Positions 12,289 through 24,234 of a DNA stretch of 64,000 nt are shown here, piece after piece. The position numbers and the translations under genes are program-made. Numbering within the stretch: position 1 is the stretch's first letter; each line of letters begins with the position of its first letter. The stretch is from Octopus vulgaris. Lineage: Eukaryota. Where the stretch lies: contig OX597841.1 of the NCBI GenBank assembly GCA_951406725.2, positions 11,966,001 through 12,030,000 on the forward strand, written 5' to 3'. The notes beneath the pieces were generated by a model. The model was not told the origin of the DNA. It saw only the letters and a list, made by a program, of their open reading frames with translations, and did not search any database.

Positions 12289-12485
12289 GGCGGCGAGCTG
12301 GCAGAATCGTTAGCACGCCGGGCAAAATGCTTAGCGGTATTTCGTCTGCCGTTACGTTCTGAGTTCAAATTCAGCCGAGGTCGACTTTGCCTTTCATCCT
12401 TTCGAGGTCGATAAATTAAGTACCAGTTACACACTGGGGTCGATATAATTGACTTAATCCCTTTGTCTGTTCTTGTTTGTCCTCT
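12289..12485 (+). mobile_element. SINE of a third family (Nin/Deu-like core)
   Basis: GGCGGCGAGCTGGCAGAA...GAGTTCAAATT head and gcctttcatcctttcgaggtcgataaa core; degenerate relatives near 14650-14770 and 29560-29760. Confidence 0.6.
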
Positions 12486-12710
12486 CTGTCAGCTAATTAT
12501 TTCCTCATAGTGAGAAGGACAGAGATAGAGAAACAAAGAGAGAGGGAGACGCAAAGAGGACAGAGAGAGAAAGGGCAGTCCCTTCTCCATCTTGACTTGC
12601 CTTTCCAGGTGGAATATTTAAAAGTTTGAAAATGGGGTTTGGTTAAAATCAACATTGATATTCTACAGACAATACAGAATGACAACAACGACAACAACAA
12701 GATTACTTAC

Positions 12711-12780
12711 AGTTTGTCTCGTAAATCTGTAGAATCTTTTGCAGTTCCAATATGTTGAACCATTCTTTGTAGTTCAGCAA
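12711..12780 (-). CDS. STX7/STX12: Syntaxin-7/12-like, coding exon 3
   Basis: ccacag acceptor, gtaagt donor, 70 nt, phase 1 to 2; (V)AELQRMVQHIGTAKDSTDLRDK(L). Confidence 0.92.
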
Positions 12781-12782
12781 CT

Positions 12783-13130
12783 GTGGAGTGGGGGAGAGAG
12801 AAAGTTGAGTGTGAGTGGAGGAGAGAGTGTGGTGAGTGAATGTGAGTGGGGGCAGGAGACAAAGTGGAGAGTGAGTGTGAGTGGAGGAGAGAGTGTGGTG
12901 AGTGAATGTGAGTGGGGGCAGGAGACAAAGTGGAGAGTGAGAGTGGAGGAGAGAGTGTGGTGAGTAGGGGCAGGAGACAAAGTGGTGAGTGAGTGTGAGG
13001 GGAGGAGAGAGTGTGGTGAGTGGGGGCAGGAGACAAAGTGGAGAGTGAGTGTGAGTGGAGGAGAGAGTGTGGTGAGTGGGGGCAGGAGACAAAGTGGAGG
13101 GTGAGTGTGAGTGAAGTAGAGAGTGTGGAT
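12783..13130. repeat. Purine-rich minisatellite (about 50-65 bp units) abutting the exon 3 acceptor
   Basis: Recurrent gtgagtgggggcaggagacaaagtggagagtgagtgtgagtggaggagagagtgtg. Confidence 0.85.
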
Positions 13131-13763
13131 GAATGGAAGAGGGAGAGTGAGTTGAATGAGGAAATGAAGTGAGAGGGGAGGGGGAACTGAAGAATAATGA
13201 GATGAGATGATGTAGTTAAGGCAGCAACATTGTAACGACATGTTTTGGGGTTCAGTTCCTCTGCATGTCACTTTGGGCGAGAGCGTCTTGCACTTTGAGC
13301 AGCATTGGGTCACCAAAAGCCTTGGGAGTAGATCTGGCTGATGGAAACTGTGCTGAAGCTCATCATACTTGAGCATAAAACCCCTCTCCTCTGCCCTCAC
13401 CATCTTGGGATTTGTAGCTCTGCATGTTGGTCGGCAACCTTATTAGTGCAGGTGACACACTGTAAAGTGGTTGTCATTGGGGAGGGCAACATCCGGCCAC
13501 ATTGCCAAGGTAGACAAGGTGGAGGCTGTGAAGTCTTTGGACATGGAAGACAGACATTAAATGATGACATATACAGGTATGTGATTGGTGATTCACAATA
13601 CTCAACAAGACATGCTCACCTCCCACCAATCACTCATGGCAAAAATGAAGCCCTATGAGCATTTTGCTTTATGCTTGTACATGCATGGCCCTACCCCTGC
13701 ACCATTCAAGCACACTCCACATCTCATCCCCCTAACACCCCTCCATCAATCTTCTATCTAGGG

Positions 13764-13982
13764 CAGTGGTTTTCAACCAGGGTTCCATGGAACCTTAGGG
13801 TTCCGCCAGTACAGTCCAGGGGTTCCGCAAGAAGTTACAAAACTGCTAAAATCGGCAGTAATTTTTAAGTCTCCTGTGCAGATATGTGTGCATAAGACTA
13901 TTAAATTATTGCACAAGGGTTCCTCGACTCAGTGGAATGTTTCCTTGGGGTTCCGCTCCAGCAAAAAGTTTGAAAAGCACTG
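13764..13982. mobile_element. hAT-type MITE
   Basis: TIRs CAGTGGTTTTCAA / TTGAAAAGCACTG; perfect 8-bp TSD ATCTAGGG (13756-13763 and 13983-13990). Confidence 0.9.
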
Positions 13983-14524
13983 ATCTAGGGTATTAATCGG
14001 CAGCACATATTTCATCTCTTGGCCCTAAGGCCATTGTTCACATGAGCTTTCATCCTCCATTCGCATCTCCTACACTATTTTCCACCAACCTCTCCTATTC
14101 TGTGCTTTCATTTCTCCCTTGCCCTCCACTTTGGCTGACATACATCACAGCTCTACCATACCTGCAACCATTCTCCGTTTCTCTTTACTCGCTTCAGTCA
14201 TTTGACTGCGGCCATGCTGGAGCACTGCCTTTAGTCGAGCAAATCGACCCCAGGACTTATTCATGGAAACCATGCCAAAACAGACACTGGAGCATGATGC
14301 AGTCCTGTCAAAGCATCCGATCCATGCCAGCCTAGAAAATGGGCAGTAAAAGATGATGAGATACACACACACAGAGTCTATTTCAGCTCCAGATGCACTG
14401 CACAGCATCCCAGCGAATGGTCAGGTCTTGGCCAGGAGCAGTGGGGGGATGGCAGTAGTGGAAATGGAGCAGGGGAAAGAGGTGGTGGTCATGGATAATT
14501 GGGAGTTGAAAACATGGTACTTAC

Positions 14525-14599
14525 CATTTTTGACAATTTTCTGTATGTTGTTGCTGACGGATTTGGAGAGCCTGGCAAACTCATTCTCATTCTCACTGT
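14525..14599 (-). CDS. STX7/STX12: Syntaxin-7/12-like, coding exon 2
   Basis: caacag acceptor, gtaagt donor, 75 nt, phase 1 to 1; SENENEFARLSKSVSNNIQKIVKN, resembling STX7 ISSNIQKI. Confidence 0.92.
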
Positions 14600-14840
14600 C
14601 TGTTGAGCAAAAGAAAACAGAAATAACAACAACAACAACAACAACAACAGTCCTTTCTATTATAGGCACGAGGGCAGAAATTTTGGAGCGGGGAGGTGGG
14701 GTGGTCGGTTACTTTGACACCAGTGTGCAACTAGTACTTACTTCCTTGAGTCTGAAAGGATGAGAAGCAATGCTCGAATGACTTTGCCAACCTTTATCAA
14801 GCATAGTGGAAGCAGGGAGGTCACTTTAGTCATCTGCACA

Positions 14841-14844
<4 letters not shown>

Positions 14845-14889
<45 letters not shown>

Positions 14890-14890
14890 C

Positions 14891-14932
<42 letters not shown>

Positions 14933-14933
14933 A

Positions 14934-14969
<36 letters not shown>

Positions 14970-15507
14970 CACATATATATATATACACATATATATATAC
15001 ACATATATATATATATATACACATATATATACACATATATATATATACACATATATATATACACATATATATATATATATAACACATATATATACACATA
15101 TATATATATACACACATATATATATATACACATATATATATATACACACACATATATATATACACATATATATATATATATATAAATATATATATATATA
15201 CACACATATATATATATACACACATATATATATATACACACATATATATATATACACATATATATATATATATACACATATATATATATATACACATATA
15301 TATATATATACACATATATATATATATACACATATATATATATATATACACATATATATATATATACACACACATATATATATATACACACATATATATA
15401 TATACACACATATATATATATACACATATATATATATATACACACATATATATATACACACATATATATATACACACATATATATATACACACATATATA
15501 TATATAT
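14845..15507. repeat. (TA)n/(CA)n compound microsatellite
   Basis: Direct reading. Confidence 0.95.
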
Positions 15508-15955
15508 GATTGATTGATTGATTGATTCTAGTTTCAGCTTATGAGCTGTGGCCATGCTGGGGCACCGCCATTTGGTGTTGCCATTTGGATTCACTTCATG
15601 GAGGCTTTCTAGCAACTGCTATTTGGTGCATGAGAGAGTTCGATGCAGCTGCCCTCATCTGCCCCTCCTGCCGTGAAGTTGGTTCATCTGGGACACCTGA
15701 CAGGAAGAGATCCAGCTTCATTTTAAAGACATCTGTATCCACCCCATGCAGGTCTCTCAGGTTCTTCGGGAGGATATTGAAGAGCTGTGGGCCTCGGAAG
15801 CCCAGGCTATCACAGTATCTTGTCCACTATGCTTGATAATGGTTGGCAAGGTCATTCGAGCATTGCTTCTCATCCTTTCAGACTCAAGGAAATAAGTACC
15901 AGTTGCACACTAGGGTGGGTCAAAGTAACCAACCACCCCACCTCCCCAGATAACC

Positions 15956-16018
15956 AGATAACCGAAGAGATGGTGTTGTGGATTTCCACTTCGGCATCCG
16001 AAACTCCGAGTTTTATCT
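15956..16018 (+). ncRNA. Type I hammerhead-like motif, family B
   Basis: Helix I AGAUAA/UUAUCU, core CCGAAGA (15962-15968), helix II GAUG/CAUC with an apical GUGG/CCAC stem, GAAAC-UCCGA-GUU with predicted cut after 16012. Confidence 0.6.
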
Positions 16019-16049
16019 TGGCTATTGAATATTTGTCACATATTATTTT

Positions 16050-16089
<40 letters not shown>

Positions 16090-16279
16090 CAAATACAAAA
16101 ATGGAGAAACAATTTAGTTGGTTCATCAGCTTTAGGATATTAGAATGTTTTCTTATTTATTCATTTAACAAAAATGAAGACCTTAATAGCATACATATAT
16201 ACATTATAATTCAATACATATAAGATAAGAATACAAATTACAAAAATCATAATATAAATTATTGAAATCATTAAAATCA

Positions 16280-16412
16280 CTCCTTACAGCTGTTTCAGCC
16301 TGTGGATAAAAGTAGTTTTTTTTTTCCAGTGCCTATAGTTGTCAATTGTATTGAGGTTGTAGGTATTTAAAAATAGGTTACTTATATATAACCATAGGCC
16401 TCGTCAGAGATT
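16280..16412 (-). ncRNA. Type I hammerhead-like motif with long helix II, family C
   Basis: Minus strand: CUGACGA (16407-16401), helix II GGCCU/AGGCU enclosing about 95 nt, GAAAC-AGCU-GUA (palindrome ACAGCUGU); helix I is weak. Confidence 0.65.
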
Positions 16413-16695
16413 ATAAAGAACTCCAAAAATATTAATACATGCAACAGGATACACATATAATTTAATATATATAAAAAATGCATATATATTTATTATGAAA
16501 CTGTATGATAAGAAGTCTGCTTGACGACTGGTGCTCATGTCTGTGTGTCCTTAACATAGTGGTTTGGCAGCATAAACTGATAGAATAAGTATCAGGCTTA
16601 GAAAAGAAGTTCTGAGGGAGATTCACCAAACTAACGTTCTTCAAGGGGGTGCACCAGCATGGCCACAGTCGAACCATTGAAACAAGTGACTATAT

Positions 16696-17108
16696 ACTCT
16701 TTACTCTTTTACTTGTTTCAGTCATTTGACTGTGGCCATGCTGGAGCACCGCCTTTAGTCGAGCGAATCGACCCCAGGACTTATTCTTTGTAAGCCTAGT
16801 ACTTATTCTGTCGGTCTCTTTTGCCGAACCGCTAAGTTACAGGGACGTAAACACATCAGCCTCGGTTGTCAAGCGATGTTGGCGGGACAAACACAGGCAC
16901 ACAAACATATACACACACATGCATATATATATATATACATATATACGACGGGCTTCTTTCAGTTTCCCTCTACCAAATCCATTCACAAGGCTTTGGTTGG
17001 CCCGAGGCTATAGTAGAAGACACTTGCCCAAGGTGCCACGCAATGGGACTGAACCCGGAACCATGTGGTTTGTAAGCAAGCTACTTACCACACAGCCACC
17101 CCTACGCC
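16696..17108 (-). mobile_element. tRNA-derived SINE, dominant family
   Basis: Reverse complement of the full element. Confidence 0.9.
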
Positions 17109-17509
17109 TACATATACATAAACATACATATATACACACATATATGTATGAAGGAAAATAGGGGCTAAATATATTCAGGTGAATCCTGTTTTTTGAAGAG
17201 GTATTAGCCCAGATTTAAAAGCACTTAAAAGCAGTTCATGGAAATGGAACCTGCTTCACTAAATTGTCCAGGTATCAATACAACAATCCATATACCTTGT
17301 TATTAATTTCTTGAGGCAGGTACAATTTGCAAATACAAAGTCGAGCACCAATTAAATTTGGTGGATTAATTAGAAAGTGTGGCTGGAAAAGAAGTACAGA
17401 ACGACAATGCATTTTTAGTGATTTCTTTAGCAGTGTGTATGCATTCACTATGATACATAGATGGCTGTTTTAATTAAATACTGCCGCAGCTGCATATAAC
17501 ATATTTAAC

Positions 17510-17913
17510 ATGGCCAATGCCAGCGCCGCCTAGGCTGGCTTCCGTGCCGGTGGCACGTAAAAAGCACCATCCGAATCGTGGCCGATGCCAGTGCCGCCTT
17601 GACTGGCTTCCGTGCCGGTGGCATGTAAAAAGCACCATCTGAATCGTGGCCGATGCCAGCGCCGCCTTGACTGGCTTCTGTGCCGGTGGCACGTAAAATG
17701 CACCAATCCGATTGTGGCCGTTGCCAGCTTCGCCTGGCACGTAAAAACCAGCCACTACACTCACGGAGTGGTTGGCGTTAGGAAGGGCATCCAGCTGTAG
17801 AAACACTGCCAGATCAGACTGGAGCCTGGTGCAGCCTTCTGGCTTCCCAGACCCCAGTCGAACCATCCAACCCATGCTAGCATGGAGAACGGACGTTAAA
17901 CGATGATGATGAT
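17510..17913 (+). mobile_element. Short retroposon with (GAT)n tail and internal ggcacgtaaaaagcacc tandem units
   Basis: Shared 3' end ggagtggttggcgttaggaagggcatccagc...ggacgttaaacgatgatgatg. Further copies near 20563-20860(-), 23646-23900(-), 32170-32680, 35090-35475, 36785-36947 and 40560-40812. Confidence 0.8.
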
Positions 17914-18128
17914 GGGGTGGGGTGCCATTTACAACGTTTCCTATATCAGGGGTGATAAATTCTCTGGATCAACGTGAAATAAAGTGTCATCCTTAAGGAC
18001 ACAAAGCCCCACAGGGAATCGAGCTCAAAACCTAATGATCATGAAGCGAAGATCCTAACCACTCAGCCATGATTCTTTACTCAAAGCCCTGACATAAAGG
18101 TTTACAAAAGCCAAAGTATAAATACTAG

Positions 18129-19379
18129 GGAACTTTTCCGTTTGAACGGCAGATTTCAACACAATTTCTAGGTAACTAAACACTTTTAAACTTCGTATAC
18201 TGGTAGAATGTGTTTATAAAACATCATTTTTCTCTTGGTTTTATTGAGAAAATTCTATAGTTTGTAAGATATTTCGTCTGAAAATCCGAGCATTTCAGCA
18301 ATTTTAACCAATCGATTACCTCCATTCAACTAAAATCATTTGCTGCGTCTAAAACTGAGAAACATCCTGTAACTAACCCTAACCCTAATTTTTTTTTTCT
18401 TAATTGTTAAATTAATTTAATTGTTACGCGTGTAAAAAAAAATGAAAGCAATGGAAAATGATTTAACCCTTTTGTTACTATATTTCTGACAAAATACACC
18501 CCTCATGAGTTTCAGTTAAATTCTAAAATAATCATGAATCTAGGCTTGTTTCATTAAATAACTGTAACTTATTTACTTATCAACATTTTAATGTGATATT
18601 TGGAACATAATTAAAGAAAGGGTTCTTAATCAAAAAAATGCCGAAAAAAATGTGGAAAAAAATCTCCCAAAATTCAGGGAATTAAAATTACAGGTCGATC
18701 GTTGTACAAAACTGTAGATTAACTGTTTACGAAGCATAATCACGTGTTTTCACGAATGTACTAAAGAGATTTGCTCTGATATTCTCATTTAAATATAAAT
18801 AGGTAAATTCGGGCAGTTTGGTCACATTAACCAAAATTTTTTTCGGGCGGCTTTGGGCGGTTTGGTAACAAAAGGGTTAAACAATTAACAAACAAAAAGA
18901 TTTTATCATTTTATACACACGCTTTCTGTACGTATAGGGAAAGCGTGTGTATGATGTTGTCTCAGTTTTAGATGCAGCAAATGATTTTAGCTCAAAAGAG
19001 AGCATAGGATTGGTTAAAATTCGAAAAATTAAACTACGTTAAACAAACAAATTACAATTTTCTCAAGAAAGCCAAGAGAAAAAATGTTTTATCTTGACAC
19101 ATTCTACCAGTATACGAAGTTTTAAAGTGTTTAGTAAACTAGAAATTGTGTTGAAATCAGGCCTTCAAAAGGAAAAGATCCAGAAAATGTTTTATTTTGA
19201 CACATTCTACCAGTATACGAAGTTTTAAAGTGTTTAGTTAACTAGAAATTGTGTTGAAATCAGGCCTTCAAAAGGAAAAGATCCAGAAAATGTTTTATTT
19301 TGACACATTCTACCAGTATACGAAGTTTTAAAGTGTTTAGTTAACTAGAAATTGTTTGCCGTTCAAAAGGAAAAGATCC
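18129..19379. mobile_element. Long-TIR non-autonomous DNA transposon, Merlin-like
   Basis: Ends GGAACTTTTCC / GGAAAAGATCC, TIR similarity over roughly 200 bp, 8-bp TSD AATACTAG (18121-18128 and 19380-19387). The right end is triplicated; a partial copy lies at 30216-30510. Confidence 0.8.
18467..18876. mobile_element. piggyBac-type MITE nested in the Merlin-like element
   Basis: TTAA TSD on both sides; 12-bp TIR CCCTTTTGTTAC / GTAACAAAAGGG. Confidence 0.88.
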
Positions 19380-19490
19380 AATACTAGAGTACGGAAACTC
19401 TTTTAAAACCCCTTGACCGGCTGTGCCCCAAGGTGGCCAGAGTCCAACACTGGACATCAGGAGCAGAATATAAGAGAAAAGAATACTTAC

Positions 19491-19563
19491 GGCTGTAGCT
19501 TTGTCCACCCGACTGGTATGAGGAATAGCCTCGATCATTGCCAAGTTGCCCGTACGATGCCAT
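19491..19563 (-). CDS. STX7/STX12: Syntaxin-7/12-like, first coding exon (exon probably 19491-19745 including 5' UTR)
   Basis: ATG at 19563 with in-frame stops upstream; MASYGQLGNDRGYSSYQSGGQSYS; gtaagt donor in phase 1 matching exon 2. A ttttgttttcag acceptor at 19746 implies an upstream non-coding exon. Confidence 0.78.
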
Positions 19564-19791
19564 GACTGGTCAACACCACGCGGGATGAAGAAACCTTGCT
19601 GGATGCCTCTCTGCTATGAATGATACCTGCTAGATGCTCACCAGATGTGTACTGGATATAAGGGTCCTCTATGTGTTCACCAGATGTAGGGGGTTCTGCT
19701 AGATGTCCAGCAGATGTGTATGCTTGGCAAGGAAATCAGATTATTCTGAAAACAAAAAAGAAATTATTGGGGTGAAAATAAAATGAATGCA

Positions 19792-19828
19792 TTTCTGTTG
19801 AAGAGCGTAGGCTCGAAACGTAAAAGAC
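19792..19828 (+). ncRNA. Hammerhead-like variant, family D, copy 1 (element 19792-19925)
   Basis: UUU-CUGUUGAA-GAGC(GUAG)GCUC-GAAAC-GUA-AAAGA. Confidence 0.5.
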
Positions 19829-20018
19829 TTGTTTTATTTATATTCCTGAGCGGCATACTAATACAATTATTTGTTTGTATTCCACCTGCCTTCATCTTTT
19901 GTTTATATTCATAAAGTTTCCCGTTATATATATATATATACAAAATAAGAAAATGGAGAAATACATCTTAATCAATAATCAACTACCAGATAATACCCAA
20001 TCACATAATTTATTAAAC

Positions 20019-20057
<39 letters not shown>

Positions 20058-20068
20058 TATATAATATA

Positions 20069-20209
20069 TTAGGTTGTCCCAAAAGTTCATAAACACTTGC
20101 GAAAATTGAATTTTTACTCGCCAAGTACTAACAAAAACAGCAAAAATTATTCCTCAAAATAAAGACCATTATTTTCCAAGACTTTCTACGAACTTTTGGG
20201 ACAACCTTA
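20069..20209. mobile_element. Tc1/mariner-type MITE
   Basis: TIRs AGGTTGTCCCAAAAGTTC / GAACTTTTGGGACAACCT, flanked by TA. Confidence 0.8.
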
Positions 20210-20268
20210 TATATATATATGTATATATATTATATATATATATACATATATATATAACATATATATAT

Positions 20269-20311
<43 letters not shown>

Positions 20312-20355
20312 AAACAAGTCAAGATAGAAAATGCTAAAATAATTTTATAAAGAAC

Positions 20356-20400
20356 ATTTCAGTACCAGTTTCGGTTATTTGAGACCATTTCAACTGTAAC
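20356..20400 (-). ncRNA. Degenerate hammerhead-like motif, family E, copy 1
   Basis: Minus strand GUUACAG-UUGAAAU-GGUC(UCAAAU)AACC-GAAAC-UG-GUA-CUGAAAU; homologous to 26791-26835. Confidence 0.5.
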
Positions 20401-21139
20401 GATTAAATAATCAAATTTAGGAAAATTAAAAGAAAAGTTTTTTTAAAAGAATATTTGTATAGTGTTCAAATATAAGTGGCATTTTCCTGGTTTCTGCCTT
20501 TCTCTGTCTCTCTTGTTTACTCTTGTGGGTTCAAGGTCCATGTGAATTCTTGGTATATATATCATCATCATCATCATTTAACGTCCGTTTTCCACGCTGG
20601 CATGGGTTGGATGGTTCGACTGGGGTCTGGGAAGCCAGGAGGCTGCACCAGGCTCCAGTCTGATCTGGCAGTGTTTCTACAGCTGGATGCCCTTCCTAAT
20701 GCCAACCACTCCGTGAGTGTAGTGGGTGCTTTCTACGTGCCACCAGCACAGGTGCCAGGGGAGGCTGGCAATGGCCACGATCGGTTGGTGCTTTTTACGT
20801 GCCACCGGCAAGAAAGCCAGTCAAGGTGGCGCTGGCATCGACCACGTACGGATGGTGCTTTTTAAAGTTATGTATGTGTGTGTGTGTGTGCATGTGAAAG
20901 TGTATATATTTGTGTGTGTGTTATTTCCCCCTCAACTTCATGTGTGTGAACACGTCAATGTTTTCTTGGGTGGTGGTTTTGAAGGATGCAGTGCTCCGAC
21001 AACTAACAACTGATGCTGGCAGTTTGTTCCATACTTCAGCAACTCTCAGCGTGAAAAAATGTTTCCTGAAGTCATGGGAGCTGTGCTGTTTTCTGACTTT
21101 GTAAACATGTCAACGGGTGTTAGACAGGTGGAGTTTTTA

Positions 21140-21775
21140 AATAATAATAATTATGAAATTATTGTATACAGTGCTCGGGTGCACCACAACTTGTCAGAAA
21201 GTGCGTATAAAGCATCTGCAGTAATGTACAAATGTCTGGAAAGCGAACAGTGTATGAGTCAGATACATGCTTGTGTGTGTATGGAGGGGAGAAAATCAGG
21301 TGTAGTGTTTGCGAATCTCAGAAAGCATGGAAGTTCTGAAGGATGCAGTGCTCCAACAACTAACAACTGATGCCGGCAGTCTGTTCCATGCTTCAGCAAC
21401 TCTTAGCGTGAAAAATTGTTTCCGAAAGTCATGGGAGCTGTGCTGTTTTCTGACTTTGTAAACATGTCCATGGGTGTTAGACGGGTGGAGTTTGAAAAGG
21501 TGCTCAGAGTTATTGTTTGTAAGATGGTTGATAATTTTATGGGTGTCTGCCAAGTCAGCTGCCAGATGTCGGAGTTTCAATGTGTCCATGCCCAGGGAAG
21601 TGAGGTGTTCAGAATGTGGCAAATTCCTGATGGAGGGTATTCTCTTGGTTGCACGTCGCTGAACAGCTTCCACACGATTAATATCCTGGGCAAGATAGAA
21701 GTACCAGACCGGTGATGCAAATTCCAGGTGAGGTCGCACCATAGCTATATAAAGCCGCAGATAGATAGCTGGAGA
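21140..21775 (-). mobile_element. CR1-clade LINE 3' fragment
   Basis: VRPHLEFASPVW...VEAVQRRATKRIP...FFTLRVAEAWNRLP, a CR1 RT C-terminus; partial duplicate at about 20975-21135. Confidence 0.88.
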
Positions 21776-21993
21776 CCCTAGGTCACGTTATGCTTTCAGA
21801 GCATCTTCTTCCACTGCTAATTAGGTCACCTAGGTAACAGATATTATGCACCACCTCCAAGAATCCTCCTCAAGATTCAAGGAAATCTATTTTGCGTGAG
21901 TATTTAGGGTTTAATTTTTCTCTTAATCTTCCAGTGCTTCCACTGCATCTATTAAGTGTTAATAACATGTATGTGTGTGTATCTATCTATCTA

Positions 21994-22042
<49 letters not shown>

Positions 22043-22105
22043 TGCCATGATAGATCGTTAGCTCCTACACGCATTTTTTTTCTCTCCTTGTTTTTTTTCT
22101 GTGTA

Positions 22106-22143
22106 TCTTTCTGTCGAAGAGCGTAGGCTTGAAACGTAAAAGA
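22106..22143 (+). ncRNA. Hammerhead-like variant, family D, copy 2 (element about 22040-22241)
   Basis: UCUUU-CUGUCGAA-GAGC(GUAG)GCUU-GAAAC-GUA-AAAGA. Confidence 0.5.
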
Positions 22144-22254
22144 CTTTTTCTATTTCTATTCCTGAGCGCTATACTAACACATTTGTTTGCTTGTATTCCA
22201 CCTGCCTTCGTCTTTTGTTTATTTTCATAAACTTTCCCGTTATATATATTTTTC

Positions 22255-22879
22255 CTGAGAAAAATGAAAAGTGAAACGGCTATTGGGAGGTAACTGCAGA
22301 TTTACCTGGGTGCCGGGTTTTCTTTCCCATCCCAGTTACGAAAATACCAGATATTTTGATGTGGTGTGAAAGAAAGAAAGTTGTAAATATAGTCGAGCTA
22401 ACTGTTCCTCATGAAGATAATATGGACGCCGCTCGGGCTCGAAAATTGAACCGTTATGAAAACCTCCTCAAGGAATGTGAAGACGCAGGCTGGAAAGCGG
22501 AACATTTTCCTATCGAAGTCGGATGTAGAGGGTTTGTTGGACACAGCGTGAGACGACTGTTGTTATCGCTAGGCCTAACTCATCGTAAAGTCAATACCAC
22601 CATGACTGATATCCAATCTACAGTGGAGAAGGCTGGTCACTGGATTTGGTTAAAAAGAGATGATGAGCGATGGCTAGAAGTATATTGAGTTCTTCATAAC
22701 CAGCTAGTCTAGCAAGCGGGGCCTCATATTAGTGAGGGGGCCGGTGCGCATTGATGCCATCGAGAGGTAGGCCCCGAAACGGCGCACATTCTCTCCTGAT
22801 GACCCCATACACTTGCTAGCTTCCGGTATACGGAGCTTTTAACTGGTAGCACTTGCATGTGCAAGTTGTTTGCAAGACA
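22255..22879 (+). mobile_element. 5'-truncated non-LTR retrotransposon with restriction-like endonuclease (HERO-like) and structured 3' UTR
   Basis: Open frame 22281-22688: WEVTADL..FP...PDILMW...VELTVPHEDN...RKLNRY...GW...PIEVGCRGF...WIWLKR, a PD-(D/E)xK RLE domain; flanked by (TA)n. Confidence 0.85.
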
Positions 22880-23074
22880 TATATATATATATATATATAT
22901 TTATAGGAGATCAAAAGATAAACCGGCCGAAACTGCAAAGACTATCTGCTTCTCAACTGATGTTTGAAAGCTCCAAATGACCCGTCCTTGTTTTTTCCTG
23001 TCCTTTTTTCAATCATATCTAACTGTCTGAATGTGTTGTTACCTGTTACATTCTTGTTCCATTTTTTGCTCTGA

Positions 23075-23645
23075 TATATATATATATATATACACACACT
23101 TATATATGTATATATATATATATACATACACACACTTATATATGTATATATATATACATACACACACTTATATATGTATATATATATACATACACACACT
23201 TATATATGTATATATATATACATACACACACTTATATATGTATATATATATGTATATATATATACATACACATATATATGTATATATATATATATATATA
23301 TACACTTATATATATATATACACACACACACACACATGTCTATATATATATGTATATGCATATATGTATACATATGTATGTGCATATATGTATGTATATA
23401 TAAGTACATATAATCTATGTATATATATATGTGTATATATATGTATACATATCTATATATGTATATATATATGTATATATATATATATATATGTATACAT
23501 ATGTATATATGTATGCATATATATATATATGTGTATACATACGTATATATGTATGTATATATATGTGTATACATATGTATATATGTATGTATATATATGT
23601 GTATATGTATATATATGTGTGTGTGTATATATATATATATATATT
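23075..23645. repeat. (TA)/(TG)/(CA) compound microsatellite
   Basis: Direct reading. Confidence 0.95.
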
Positions 23646-24007
23646 ATCATCATCATTTAACGTCCGTTTTCCATGTTGGCATGAGTTGGACAGTTTCACT
23701 GGGGTCTGGCAAGCCAGGAGGCCACAACAGGCTCCAATTTGATTCGGTAGTGTTTCTAAAGCTGGATGCCCTTCCTAATCCCAACCAATTGGGGAGTGTG
23801 GTGGGTGCTTTTTACTCGCCACCGCCACATGGGCCAGGCAGGGCAGGGGGAGTGGCATCGACCATGTTCGGATAGTGCTTTTTACATGCCAGTGGCACGG
23901 ACACCAATCAGACAGCACTGACATCAGCCAATATATGTATGTGTGTGTATGTGTATATATATATATATATAAAAAATAATGCTGATGATTATATATATAT
24001 ATCAAAA

Positions 24008-24100
24008 ATAATTGCTGATGATTGCTCAGCATTTTAAAACTGTTGTAATACTTACAACATTTAATAAAATATGTAGCGTGAAACGATCGTACCGAATTAC
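24008..24100 (+). ncRNA. Hammerhead motif, family A, copy 2 (degenerate; element to about 24230)
   Basis: CUGAUGA 24015-24021 and GAAAC-GAUC-GUA 24080-24091; helix II closing pair and helix I have decayed. Confidence 0.6.
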
Positions 24101-24234
24101 CGAAGTTATTCTTGTTGCTTATTTTTTATTATAATCACCCATGGATTTATATGGATAACACCATACAAAATTCTGGTGCATCTAACTTAAGTACCATATT
24201 CATTTGAATCTAAATTTTGCTGAACTTATATATA

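Noticed and set aside
19625-19722. Repeated CAGATG/TAGATG motifs in the syntaxin 5' UTR exon
   Set aside because: A short degenerate local duplication explains them; no independent evidence of function.
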